This document shows, one piece after another, positions 29,777-39,692 of a DNA stretch of 64,000 nt. A program made the position numbers and the translations under genes. This stretch comes from an uncultured delta proteobacterium (GTDB taxonomy: Bacteria; Desulfobacterota; Binatia; UBA9968). The DNA lies in the NCBI GenBank assembly GCA_963816145.1, contig CAWFJP010000004.1, forward strand, positions 320,001-384,000, given 5' to 3'. The notes below the pieces were generated by a model. The model saw nothing but the letters and a program-made list of their open reading frames with translations. It made no database searches and was not told the DNA's origin. Position 1 is the first letter of the stretch. The number at the start of each line of letters is the position of its first letter.

Positions 29777-30681
29777 ACGGCTACCTACATCCGATTTACG
29801 CAAATTCGCTGATAGCGTTTGGCAGCCCACGTGAATTGCCTCGCAGCCGAGGTTGGCTATTAGAACGACAGATTCACGGTCATGCCGAACATGACGCGAT
29901 GGGCGTGTATCCGCTGTTTGCCTGTCAGGATTGGTCGAACTTACACGTAGATTTGGACGAGATAAAGCACGACTTGATCAGTTTAGCTTTAATCACTGAT
30001 CCGTTTGGTGATTACGATGAATCTTATCTGCGTCGATGCTTCAGAGATGTGGTATTCCCTTTCAAAGAACACTTCGTTGTCGATCTGAATCGTCCAATAG
30101 GCACTGTTGTCGGTCACCACCACCGTCGGAATATTAAGAAAGTGCTCGATCAGATTTGCGTAGAGAGATGCGCAAAACCCGCTGGGCACCTCGAGGAGTG
30201 GTGCAGCCTATACACGAATCTAATCCAGCGGTATCAAATCACCGGCATAGCAGCATTTTCGCGCGATGCGTTTGCGAAGCAATTGCACGTTCCTGGTATG
30301 GTAGCGTTCCGGGCAAGTCATAAAGGTGTTACAGTTGGAATGCTCCTATGGTACATCTACGGGAGTGTCGGCTATTATCATCTCGGAGCTTACAGTGAGT
30401 TAGGCTACGAAATGCGGGCTTCATTTGGTTTGTTTTCATTCGCTATTGAGTATTTCGCTGCTCATGGGCTGCGTTGGCTGAACCTTGGCGCTGGTGCCGG
30501 TGTCGAGGGAGATAGTACAGATGGTTTGAGTCGCTTTAAGCGCGGTTGGTCTACCGGCACCCGGACCGTTTACTTCTGTGGCCGCATTTTTAACCAAGCG
30601 CGGTATACGGAAATAGTAAAAGCGAGCGGACTTGGCAGCACTACGTATTTCCCGGCCTATCGGCGAGGTGAGTTCCGTTGA
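29773..30681 (+). CDS. GNAT/FemAB-like acyltransferase domain protein
   Basis: HHRRNIKK, YYHLGA, LNLGAGAG, DGLSRFKRGW. Translationally coupled to both neighbours. Confidence 0.8.
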   Translation: MNGYLHPIYANSLIAFGSPRELPRSRGWLLERQIHGHAEHDAMGVYPLFACQDWSNLHVDLDEIKHDLISLALITDPFGDYDESYLRRCFRDVVFPFKEHFVVDLNRPIGTVVGHHHRRNIKKVLDQICVERCAKPAGHLEEWCSLYTNLIQRYQITGIAAFSRDAFAKQLHVPGMVAFRASHKGVTVGMLLWYIYGSVGYYHLGAYSELGYEMRASFGLFSFAIEYFAAHGLRWLNLGAGAGVEGDSTDGLSRFKRGWSTGTRTVYFCGRIFNQARYTEIVKASGLGSTTYFPAYRRGEFR

Positions 30682-31313
30682 GCGTGATTGATAAGAAATA
30701 CCTGAGCATTGTATCCCACTATGAAAACTGCCTGGCACAGTACGGGGATAATCACTTGGGCGTTGACTGGCCGAAGAAAGCGGACGCTGAGACCCGCTAC
30801 CGAATTATGCTTGAAATCATCAAACCATGTGCTGACCGTGACGTTAGCCTCCTTGACTTTGGCTGCGGCGCGTCTCACCTGTATGAGCATATGTTGAAGC
30901 GAAATATGCGTGGTATCATTTATGCCGGGCTGGATTTGTCCGAGAAATTTACGCAGTTATCAAAAAACAAGTTTCCAGGAAATAAGTATTACTGCCTGGA
31001 TATTCTAGGCCAGAGCGGTCAGCTTCCTGGCTTCGATTATGTGGTCATGAATGGGGTTTTCACAGAGAAGCGGGAGCTTTCGTTCGATGACATGCTCGCC
31101 TATTTTAAGCAGATGCTAAAGACGATATTCAACAAAACCGCCATAGGTCTGGCGTTTAATGTTATGTCGAAGCAGGTGGATTGGGAAAGAGAAGATTTAT
31201 TCCATCTGCCTTTAGAGACCTTGGCTGATTTTCTAACCAGACAATTAAGCAGGAATTTCGTCATAAGGAACGACTACGGCCTTCATGAGTATACGACCTA
31301 CGTTTACAAATAA
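30678..31313 (+). CDS. class I SAM-dependent methyltransferase
   Basis: GVDW, LLDFGCG, FDYVVMNGVF, AFNVMS, DYGLHEYT. Confidence 0.87.
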   Translation: MSVIDKKYLSIVSHYENCLAQYGDNHLGVDWPKKADAETRYRIMLEIIKPCADRDVSLLDFGCGASHLYEHMLKRNMRGIIYAGLDLSEKFTQLSKNKFPGNKYYCLDILGQSGQLPGFDYVVMNGVFTEKRELSFDDMLAYFKQMLKTIFNKTAIGLAFNVMSKQVDWEREDLFHLPLETLADFLTRQLSRNFVIRNDYGLHEYTTYVYK

Positions 31314-31325
31314 AGGTTCAGGCAG

Positions 31326-31988
31326 ATGGCGAAAGTCATTATTTTTGGCTTACAAGACCTTGCGTCCCTGGCTCACTTCTATTTAAAACATGATAGTGAG
31401 CATGAAGTCGCGGCTTTTACTGTTACTCAAGAATATCTCTCTACAGAAAAGACGTTTGAGGGCTTACCGATTGTTCCATTTGAAGAGATAGAAACCGCTT
31501 ACAGTCCACCAGAATTTAGGTTTTTTGCGCCAATGTCGCACCGGAAAATGAATCGTCTCCGCGAGTCCATTTACCTGCAGGCGAAAGGCAAAGGCTACCA
31601 ACTGATCAGCTATGTTAGTTCGAAGGCGACCATTTTCCCGGGCGCAAAAATTGGTGATAACTGCTTTATTTTGGAAGACAACACTATCCAACCGTATACC
31701 GCTATTGGTAACAATGTGATCTTATGGAGTGGAAATCACATCGGACATCATAGCGTGATTAAAGATCATGTTTTCTTCACCTCCCACGTGGTTCTATCTG
31801 GCCATTGCACCGTCGAGCCGTACTCTTTCTTTGGCGTCAACTCGACTATCCGAGACGGGCTGCATATTGCCGAAGGCTCTTTAATTGCGATGGGCGCGTG
31901 CGTTACCAAAGATACGGAACCTTGGGGGGTTTACGATGGTGTTCCAGCGCAGAGAAGGAAAGTGTCAAGCAAGGATTTGGATTTTTGA
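31326..31988 (+). CDS. sugar N/O-acyltransferase, hexapeptide-repeat (PglD/NeuD-like)
   Basis: Rossmann-like N-domain followed by IGDNCFILE, IGNNVIL, HIGHH left-handed beta-helix repeats. Confidence 0.9.
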   Translation: MAKVIIFGLQDLASLAHFYLKHDSEHEVAAFTVTQEYLSTEKTFEGLPIVPFEEIETAYSPPEFRFFAPMSHRKMNRLRESIYLQAKGKGYQLISYVSSKATIFPGAKIGDNCFILEDNTIQPYTAIGNNVILWSGNHIGHHSVIKDHVFFTSHVVLSGHCTVEPYSFFGVNSTIRDGLHIAEGSLIAMGACVTKDTEPWGVYDGVPAQRRKVSSKDLDF

Positions 31989-32025
31989 GAAACCCTGAAG
32001 CTATGATCTGAAAAGCAAACCTTTG

Positions 32026-32961
32026 ATGAAATGGATCAAAAAGGGCCTTATTTTTGCCCCCGACAATAATTTCGATTGGATGGCTTCTCATGCTTCAATC
32101 CCGATTGCGGACAGAATTGACGACAACCGACTGAGAATATATTTCGGCACGCGGGATAATCAGGGACGTTCGCTGCCGGCATATCTTGAGGTCGACGCCG
32201 ATAATCCACAAAACATCTTATACCTTCATCCTGAACCGATCCTGCCATTGGGCCGGTTGGGGACTTTCGACGACGATGGCGTTATGCCCTCATGGATCGT
32301 CAATCACAATAAAAGGAAATATCTCTACTACACCGGTTGGAACCGCCAGGTGACCGTTTCTTATCGCCTGTCAATCGGGCTAGCAATCAGCGAAGACAAC
32401 GGCCAAAGCTACCACAAATATTCCGAGGGACCGATTTGTGACCGAGCATTAGACGAGCCATTTTTTAACACAGCGCCATGCGTGGTGGCGGAAGCGAACA
32501 TCTGGCGGATGTGGTATACGTCATGCACCAGATGGGAAATCATCAACGGGTGGCCTGAACCATTCTACCACGTGAAGTGTGCCGAGTCGGCGGACGGCAT
32601 TCATTGGGTAAAGGCAGGACGGGTCTGCATAGATTATGACGCCTTTACCGACGGTATTGGCCGCCCATGTGTTTATTTAGAAAACGGCTTGTATAAGATG
32701 TTTTATTCTTACCGCAGCGCAATCGGGTATCGCACTGATCCGCAGCGCAGTTATCGGCTCGGATATGCTGAATCAACCGATGGGCTCGATTGGACGAGAA
32801 AAGACAGCGAAGTGGGAATCACGAGGTCAGACAAGGGCTGGGACTCGGAAATGATGGAGTATTGCTTCCTATACGAGCATCACGAGCAAAAATATCTCTT
32901 TTACAATGGCAATGGATTTGGTAAGGCGGGCTTTGGATATGCCATTTTAGTAGACACTTAA
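32026..32961 (+). CDS. five-bladed beta-propeller glycosidase-fold protein (GH32/43/130-like), no signal peptide
   Basis: WIKKGLIF, GTFDDDGVMPS, YLYYTGW, Asp-box-like SEDNGQSY / SADGIHW / STDGLDW, YNGNGFG. Confidence 0.78.
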   Translation: MKWIKKGLIFAPDNNFDWMASHASIPIADRIDDNRLRIYFGTRDNQGRSLPAYLEVDADNPQNILYLHPEPILPLGRLGTFDDDGVMPSWIVNHNKRKYLYYTGWNRQVTVSYRLSIGLAISEDNGQSYHKYSEGPICDRALDEPFFNTAPCVVAEANIWRMWYTSCTRWEIINGWPEPFYHVKCAESADGIHWVKAGRVCIDYDAFTDGIGRPCVYLENGLYKMFYSYRSAIGYRTDPQRSYRLGYAESTDGLDWTRKDSEVGITRSDKGWDSEMMEYCFLYEHHEQKYLFYNGNGFGKAGFGYAILVDT

Positions 32962-32972
32962 CCCAAACATCC

Positions 32973-34178
32973 ATGAAGTCATCCTTGGAACAGTTGGCTA
33001 TTTTTGGAGGGGTGCCGGCCTTTCACGAGAAGCTCCACGTAGGTCGTCCCAACATCGGGAATCGCGAGCGGCTGCTGAAAAGGATTAACCAACTTTTAGA
33101 TAGCAAATGGCTAACCAATGGCGGACCTTTTGAGCAGGAGTTCGAGGAGCGGGTGGCTGCCTTACTGGGTGTCAGGCATTGTATCTCGATCTGTAGCGGC
33201 ACGGTTGCATTGGAGATTGCTTTTCGAGCGAGTGGCTTGCAGGGGGAAGTCATCGTCCCATCTTTCACTTTCATTGCGACGGCCCACGCTCTGCAATGGC
33301 AAAAAATCACCCCTGTCTTCTGTGATATTGACCCTCATACCCACACACTCGACCCAGCCAAAGTGGAACAACTGATCACCACACGCACGAGCGGTATTGT
33401 TGGCGTGCATCTATGGGGACAGAGTTGTGACGTGAAGGCGTTGACGAATATCGCTAGCCGTCACGGGCTCAAATTGTTATTTGACGCGGCCCATGCATTT
33501 GGATGTTCATATGAGGGACGTCCAATCGGTAATTTCGGCGATGCCGAGGTATTTAGCTTCCATGCCACCAAATTTTTTAACACCTTCGAAGGCGGTGCCA
33601 TTGTGACGAATGATGATGCGCTGGCAGCCGCCGTCCGACTGATGAGAAATTTTGGCTTTATAGGATACGACGACGTGAGCTCCGTGGGCACAAACGGCAA
33701 GATGAGCGAAATATCGGCGGCGATGGGATTGACCGGACTGGAGAGTTTGGAAGACTTTATCGCGGTCAATTATCGTAACTATAAATGTTACCAGGAAGAA
33801 CTAGCCGACCTGCCGGGGATCCGCCTTTTCCCACACAACGAATCGCAACCAGGAAATTATCAGTACATTATCTTGGAAGTCGACCCGGCGGCGGCACATC
33901 TCAGCCGCGACCGATTAATGCAAGTGCTGTGGGCGGAGAATATTTTGGCCCGGCGTTATTTTTATCCTGGCTGCCACCGAATGGAACCTTACCGCTCCTA
34001 CTATTCTAATGCCGCGCAATCGCTACCCGAAACGGAGAAGATTGCTGACCGCGTTCTTTGTTTGCCGACGGGCATGAGCGTTACTCCGACAGATATCGCC
34101 GTGATCTGCCGGATTATTCGCACAGCTCTCCAAGGTGTCGACGCCGTGAACCGACGATTAGAAACTGGGGCGGCGTGA
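32973..34178 (+). CDS. DegT/DnrJ-family NDP-4-keto-6-deoxyhexose aminotransferase (VioA/DesI-like)
   Basis: FDAAHAFG, SFHATKFFNTFEGG, GTNGKMSE, RRYFYPG. Confidence 0.92.
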   Translation: MKSSLEQLAIFGGVPAFHEKLHVGRPNIGNRERLLKRINQLLDSKWLTNGGPFEQEFEERVAALLGVRHCISICSGTVALEIAFRASGLQGEVIVPSFTFIATAHALQWQKITPVFCDIDPHTHTLDPAKVEQLITTRTSGIVGVHLWGQSCDVKALTNIASRHGLKLLFDAAHAFGCSYEGRPIGNFGDAEVFSFHATKFFNTFEGGAIVTNDDALAAAVRLMRNFGFIGYDDVSSVGTNGKMSEISAAMGLTGLESLEDFIAVNYRNYKCYQEELADLPGIRLFPHNESQPGNYQYIILEVDPAAAHLSRDRLMQVLWAENILARRYFYPGCHRMEPYRSYYSNAAQSLPETEKIADRVLCLPTGMSVTPTDIAVICRIIRTALQGVDAVNRRLETGAA

Positions 34179-34198
34179 ATTTGAAAGAAAAAATCAAC

Positions 34199-35833
34199 AT
34201 GAGTTCGGACAGGCCCCTGGTTTCAATCGTCGTTTGCTCCTACAACTATGCTTACTATATTGGGCAAACCATTGCGTCAGTCTTGGCCCAAACTTACGAC
34301 AACTGGGAACTGATAATCAGCGATGACGGCTCAACCGATACCTCTATAGAGGTAATTCGCTCTTTCTCAGATCCGCGAATTACCGTCATCGCTTCCGAAT
34401 CGAATAGAGGAGGAGCTGTTGCGTATGCTGAGGCTTACAAATTGTGCCGCGGCAAGTACTTTACTAGCTTGGACTCCGACGATTACATCGTGCCAAGCAA
34501 ACTCGAAAAGCAAGTCCAATACTTCGAGGATCACCCTGACATCGATATTCTAAGCACGTTCGTGACTGAAGTGGACGCAAGCGGACAAATCATTGGGGAT
34601 CAAGGGGTGCACCAGATATGGTTTAACCAGAAGATGGATTTGAACCAGCCCGATAGTTGGCTCTGGCAAAACCACTTGTGTCACTCATCCGCGTTGATTC
34701 GTAAAGCGTTCCATGACCAGATTGGTTTAACCAACCCTAATTTGCCTTATACGGCTGATTATGAATTTTGGGTGAGATGCCTAATCGGTGGTGGTCGCTT
34801 TCACGTCTTGCCGGAAAAATTGACTTATTATCGCGCTCACCGCGATATGGTGACCCACCAAAACCCTGACCGAGCTTTGTTAGAAAGCGCTTATGTCTTC
34901 TGCGCGCACTTGAAGCCATATCTGTTCAAGATTAATCGACATGATTTGGCTTACAAAGGATTTGCAGACCTGTTAAATCATCATGAACCTTATCAAAAGG
35001 CGAGCAAGCAGCTCAAAGCCAAACTTTTAAAACAATTACTATGTACTGAAACGGGACCTAAAGATTTCGAATGTTTCTTGGAAAATGCTCAAAGTCCGGC
35101 TAGTACCGAGTTCCTTACTCTCACGGAAGTTCTTGACAAAGCATTAATAGCTATACAAGAGTCAACCAAGCTCAATGAACAGCAGCAAGGCTGGATGACT
35201 GAGCTCGAAAAGGGCAAAAGCTGGCTGGAAGAGGAGCGGCAGAAGTGGCGGGACGTTGCATCGGAACAGGGGGCCCACATTCAGCGACAGCAGGCGGCTA
35301 TAGAACAGCAACAGGCGACGATTCAACAGCAGCAAGGCTGGATGACTGAGCTCGAAAAGGGCAAAAGCTGGCTGGAAGGGGAGTGGCAGAAGTGGCGTGA
35401 CGTTGCATCGGAGCAGGGAGCCCACATTCAGCGACAGCAGGCGGCTATAGAACAGCAGCAAGTCTGGATGACTGAGCTCGAAAAGGGCAAAAGCTGGCTG
35501 GAAGGGGAGTGGCAGAAGTGGCGGGACGTTGCATCGGAGCAGGGAGCCCACATTCAGCGACAGCAGGCTGCTATGGACCGACAACAAGCGACTATCCAAC
35601 AGCAGCAAGTCTGGATGACTGAGCTCGAAAAGGGCAAAAGCTGGCTGGAAGGGGAGTGGCAGAAGTGGCGTGACGTTGCATCGGAACAGGGGGCCCACAT
35701 CCAGCGACAGCAGGCGGCTATAGAACAGCAACAGGCGACGATTCAGGGGCTAGAAGAATATTTGATCAGACTCAGGCAAAAACCGCTTATTCGCTTTGGC
35801 CAATACTTCGGGCTACTAGGTCCAGATAGGTAA
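34199..35833 (+). CDS. GT2 glycosyltransferase with long C-terminal tandem-repeat coiled coil
   Basis: PLVSIVVCSYN, DDGSTD, LDSDD, DYEFWVR, then four 42/49-aa repeats and a basic amphipathic tail. Confidence 0.9.
   Translation: MSSDRPLVSIVVCSYNYAYYIGQTIASVLAQTYDNWELIISDDGSTDTSIEVIRSFSDPRITVIASESNRGGAVAYAEAYKLCRGKYFTSLDSDDYIVPSKLEKQVQYFEDHPDIDILSTFVTEVDASGQIIGDQGVHQIWFNQKMDLNQPDSWLWQNHLCHSSALIRKAFHDQIGLTNPNLPYTADYEFWVRCLIGGGRFHVLPEKLTYYRAHRDMVTHQNPDRALLESAYVFCAHLKPYLFKINRHDLAYKGFADLLNHHEPYQKASKQLKAKLLKQLLCTETGPKDFECFLENAQSPASTEFLTLTEVLDKALIAIQESTKLNEQQQGWMTELEKGKSWLEEERQKWRDVASEQGAHIQRQQAAIEQQQATIQQQQGWMTELEKGKSWLEGEWQKWRDVASEQGAHIQRQQAAIEQQQVWMTELEKGKSWLEGEWQKWRDVASEQGAHIQRQQAAMDRQQATIQQQQVWMTELEKGKSWLEGEWQKWRDVASEQGAHIQRQQAAIEQQQATIQGLEEYLIRLRQKPLIRFGQYFGLLGPDR
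35192..35746 (+). repeat. intragenic tandem repeat, 4 units, periods 147/126/147 bp
   Basis: TGGATGACTGAGCTCGAAAAGGGCAAAAGCTGG recurs at 35192, 35339, 35465 and 35612. Confidence 0.95.
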
Positions 35834-35895
35834 AAATAAGTACCGAGCTCACTCACTCGCTATAATCCAAATCGTCGATCATTGAGGGGAAACTG

Positions 35896-36585
35896 ATGTC
35901 CACATTCACCGATCTACGTGACGAATACGTCGCTCGCGTGGTTAAAGGTAAAACTTTTGCCGACGTGGGAGGGCTCTGGGGTACCATCGGTGAGAGGGTG
36001 TCTATTGCTCACCATCACGGAGCCGCTTCATTAACGATGGTTGATATTCAAGCCGAAGGAAATGAGTATTGGCAAATGTTCGAGGCTCGTATGCAAGAGT
36101 TGGGGGTTCCAAAGTACGAGTGTATCAGTACTGACATTTGCAATCCTAATTTAGAAAAGCTGTTGGAACCATTTGATGTCGTACACTGTTCAGGTGTCCT
36201 CTACCATCATCCCAATCCTATGATGATGTTGGTGGCTTTACGGAATATCACTAAAGAATATCTGATTCTAACCTCGGTTATTACGCAACAGGTTATTCAA
36301 AACGAAAAGGGCAAATACACCATCCCACCTTCCGGTGTGATATTTTTCCCAGCTTTGAATGATGCTGAACGGTCTATTCTAAAAGTCTACTGGGACAAAA
36401 TTGGCGCCGCCCATGCCCATGATATCACCAAAATATACCCCTACACCGTCGATGATTTTGCCCCGTGGTGGTGGCTACCTACAGCCCCAGCCTTGCTAGC
36501 CATGTGTGTGGCGGCTGGCTTTAAAATTTTGGATCACGGCTTGGTGTGGAATGATGATGCGCTAGCCATTCTTTTAAAAGTATAA
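35896..36585 (+). CDS. class I SAM-dependent methyltransferase
   Basis: FADVGGLWG, FDVVHCSGVLYHHPNP, WWWLPT, AAGF. Confidence 0.85.
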   Translation: MSTFTDLRDEYVARVVKGKTFADVGGLWGTIGERVSIAHHHGAASLTMVDIQAEGNEYWQMFEARMQELGVPKYECISTDICNPNLEKLLEPFDVVHCSGVLYHHPNPMMMLVALRNITKEYLILTSVITQQVIQNEKGKYTIPPSGVIFFPALNDAERSILKVYWDKIGAAHAHDITKIYPYTVDDFAPWWWLPTAPALLAMCVAAGFKILDHGLVWNDDALAILLKV

Positions 36586-36840
36586 CCGTTGATTTCACCC
36601 TAAAAGTAACCTAAGAGCGGGAATGAGTTCGCCGAATCAATACGACATCAAATCTCCAATCAGCTTGGCTTCCTTGGTTATGCAGAATCTTCACTCGTTC
36701 AAGCATTCCGAGTGTCGTTCTAGAGACCAGCTTGGTTGGCGTAACACCGCCCCTTGTTATGGTGTTTGAAAGGCTGTTGCGGGCCTTGGCAGAGAGTCAT
36801 GAGCCCGCTTAATGAGCCGTAACTACGGAATATCGAGTGA

Positions 36841-38448
36841 GTGAACGAAAAAATGCCACCGATAGATAATAGTGGTGAGGAAAACCTAAGCGATTTGAAA
36901 CACAGGATCGCATTACTAGAGCACGCGCTGCGACAGGAGCTGGACGAAAAAAGCGCTCTAGAACGCGAGCTACTCGAGATCAAGAACAGCTTCGCATGGG
37001 TGTCAATTCTAAAATATCGAGTTGTACGCGATCGGCTTTTTCCCATTAGAACGAGACGCCGTGGCGCCTACGATCGTGTAAAAAGCACATGTAGGGGTCT
37101 GGTATCTCCCGAGACTCCAAGATCCGGTTTTTTTCATGCTCCAAAACCCGGCCTCGTCAGCGAGGCTTTTAACACTCCGATAGCTCCATCTGTCGATCTA
37201 GCTGCTAAAACTTTCACTGGAAAAAAACTAGAATATCGGCCGTCGGCGTCGTCTCTAAAAATTGCGTGCTTAACTTGGACGATCCCCTATCCTCCCGATA
37301 CTGGGGGTAAAAACCGCAGTTATAATCTTCTCCGCTACCTTGCTCAGCATCATGAGGTCCATCTTCACGTTCCTGTATGGGAAGCCTCGACCGTTGCTCC
37401 CGAGTTACTCGATATCATGGCTTCCATCACCATGCACCAGCTGAATCGCTCTTTCACTAAAAAAAGCTATCGGTCAAAAGTAATCAGAGGGGTTCCAGCA
37501 CCCGTAGCCGGTTTGCACACAACTCAGTCAGTCGCCGAATTTCAGCAAATGATTGCGGCAGAGCCAGTGGACTTGATCCTTGTTGATGAGGCTCATTTGG
37601 CCCCTTATGCTTGGCCGTTATCGCAGATGCCATGCATTTTGATGCGGCAAAAAGTAGATCATCTGTATTATCGCGATGTTTTCTTAAGGGCTCCGTTTGG
37701 GCAGGAAAAGGCGAAAGCTTTGAGAGAATGGTTCTCATTTAGACTTTACGAAAACAGATTGTGGAACCGGTTTACACGTGGTGTGGTTGTATCCGAAATA
37801 GAACGCCAGACGTATCTGAAATTGAATCCGAAATTAGATTTGGCCGTGATCCCCAATGGAGTGGATCTATCGCATTTCCGAGTTACACCACTACCGAGCA
37901 ACCAAGCCCCTACCATATTACTTAACGGGACAATGTCATATTACGCTAATGTAGACGCTGCCGTCTGGTTTGTCGAAAAAATTTTTCCATTGATTTTGCA
38001 TATTTTACCCCAAACCATGTTGTTAATTGTGGGGCAGAATCCAGTAGACGCAGTCCAGCGCCTCGCTCGAGACGGGCAAATTATTGTGACCGGGAGCGTC
38101 CCCGATATGCGCGACTATTTAAACCAGAGCAATGTAGTTGCAATCCCACTCCGGATTGGACATGGCACCCGACTGAAGGTTCTTGAGGCCATGGCGGCCG
38201 GGCGGCCCGTTGTGTCAACACCAATCGGGGCTGAAGGGCTAGATGCTCAAGCTGGCAAACACTTGCTTTTGGCTGACAATCCAACGCAATTCGCCGCGGG
38301 TGTAATTGAAATTTTAACCAAGCCCCAGCTAGCTGAACGCATGGCCGGTGACGCTCGACAGTTCGTTGAAAGTGCTTATGCGTGGCCAGTTATCGGCGAG
38401 AAATTAAGTCAATACTGCCAACTGGTCGCTAACAGCCCGGTCAAGTAA
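36841..38448 (+). CDS. GT4 glycosyltransferase with N-terminal coiled-coil/PxxTRR module
   Basis: PYPPDTGGKNR, IPNGVD, NVDAAVWF, GHGTRLKVLEAMAAGRPVVST. Confidence 0.9.
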   Translation: MNEKMPPIDNSGEENLSDLKHRIALLEHALRQELDEKSALERELLEIKNSFAWVSILKYRVVRDRLFPIRTRRRGAYDRVKSTCRGLVSPETPRSGFFHAPKPGLVSEAFNTPIAPSVDLAAKTFTGKKLEYRPSASSLKIACLTWTIPYPPDTGGKNRSYNLLRYLAQHHEVHLHVPVWEASTVAPELLDIMASITMHQLNRSFTKKSYRSKVIRGVPAPVAGLHTTQSVAEFQQMIAAEPVDLILVDEAHLAPYAWPLSQMPCILMRQKVDHLYYRDVFLRAPFGQEKAKALREWFSFRLYENRLWNRFTRGVVVSEIERQTYLKLNPKLDLAVIPNGVDLSHFRVTPLPSNQAPTILLNGTMSYYANVDAAVWFVEKIFPLILHILPQTMLLIVGQNPVDAVQRLARDGQIIVTGSVPDMRDYLNQSNVVAIPLRIGHGTRLKVLEAMAAGRPVVSTPIGAEGLDAQAGKHLLLADNPTQFAAGVIEILTKPQLAERMAGDARQFVESAYAWPVIGEKLSQYCQLVANSPVK

Positions 38449-39680
38449 TGAAAATTGCATGGCTGATCAATCTCTATCCACCTTACATAATGGGTGGCAA
38501 TGAAATCCTCGCCCAAAATGTAATCTTAGAGCTGCGGGCCAGAGGGCACGAAGTCCATGTCCTGTCCGGCCGGGGGCAGAACTTGCCGCGGGATGTCTAC
38601 CATTTGAGCCCAATCAACTTTGATCTCGACCGTATGGGAGAACGTTTTCTAGGAACACGGACTCCGTCACTTTATGAGTCCATGCGGTGGCATATCTTCG
38701 ATTTCAATACTTACCGGGCGGCAATCCGGCTGCTAAATCACCTAAGGCCTGACTTAACGATTGTTGACAATTTTTCGCTTATTTCTGTGGCACCATTGAT
38801 TGCCGCCGCTCGGGCCAGATCTAAAGTAGTGGTGCAAGCAAACGACAAGTGGTTAATCTATGGTTTGAGGGCTGCTGGCCAAGGTCTTTGGCATACTCCA
38901 TCCAGGCAAACTTCGACCATTGCCACGTTTCAAGCTCTTATACAGCCTATTTTTAGAGCCGTGACCAGAAAGGTTCCTATTTTTGTCAACTCACACTTTC
39001 TAAAGAACGCTTATATCCAAAGCGGTTTCAAACCAGAGCAGTTACGCGTGATACACTTGGGGATTGATGTGGATACCTACCAACCTAACGCCAATCAAAG
39101 GACGCAGTTAGGCGCCCCTATACGGCTTATGTATGCCAGCCAATTATGGGCAGGCAAGGGCGCCCAGATCGCCATCCAGGCTTTGGCTGAATTAAGAAAG
39201 CTTGATCCAGAAAACACTTTTGTGATCGACGTGTATGGTGATGGAGCACCAGATTTTAAGAATTATCTAATCCAGTTAGCAACGGATTTAAGAGTCAATG
39301 ATTGTGTTAATTATTGTGGTTTTGTACCGCCCGCACAACTGGCCGAGGCTTTTCATAACCATGACATTTTTTTGTTTACTTCCATTTGGGATGAACCGTT
39401 TGCATTGACGCTGCTCTCAGCATTGTCCTGTGGTATTCCCGTCATTTCAACGTCCGCTGGGGGCAATCAAGAGGCAATTGAACATGAGCGGACGGGTTTG
39501 CTCGTACCCCCAGCCGACCCACTTGCCCTAGCTCAAGCAATCCTAAAGCTGGTGCGGGATTCCTCTCTCAGGTGCCGGGTTAGCGCTCAAGCCAGCGTCA
39601 CCGTGCGCGAAAGATGGTCCTTCCAGCGTTATGTTGATACGTTGGAGGCAGCCTATCGGACCTATGCGATGGATAACTGA
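38448..39680 (+). CDS. GT4 glycosyltransferase
   Basis: NLYPPYIMGGNE, KGAQ, SIWDEPFALTLL. The second Glu of EX7E is replaced by Ser. Confidence 0.88.
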   Translation: MKIAWLINLYPPYIMGGNEILAQNVILELRARGHEVHVLSGRGQNLPRDVYHLSPINFDLDRMGERFLGTRTPSLYESMRWHIFDFNTYRAAIRLLNHLRPDLTIVDNFSLISVAPLIAAARARSKVVVQANDKWLIYGLRAAGQGLWHTPSRQTSTIATFQALIQPIFRAVTRKVPIFVNSHFLKNAYIQSGFKPEQLRVIHLGIDVDTYQPNANQRTQLGAPIRLMYASQLWAGKGAQIAIQALAELRKLDPENTFVIDVYGDGAPDFKNYLIQLATDLRVNDCVNYCGFVPPAQLAEAFHNHDIFLFTSIWDEPFALTLLSALSCGIPVISTSAGGNQEAIEHERTGLLVPPADPLALAQAILKLVRDSSLRCRVSAQASVTVRERWSFQRYVDTLEAAYRTYAMDN

Positions 39681-39692
39681 GGCACGTGTAAT

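Noticed and set aside
35192-35746. CRISPR array
   Set aside because: The units are contiguous in-frame coding repeats with no unique spacers, and there are no cas genes.
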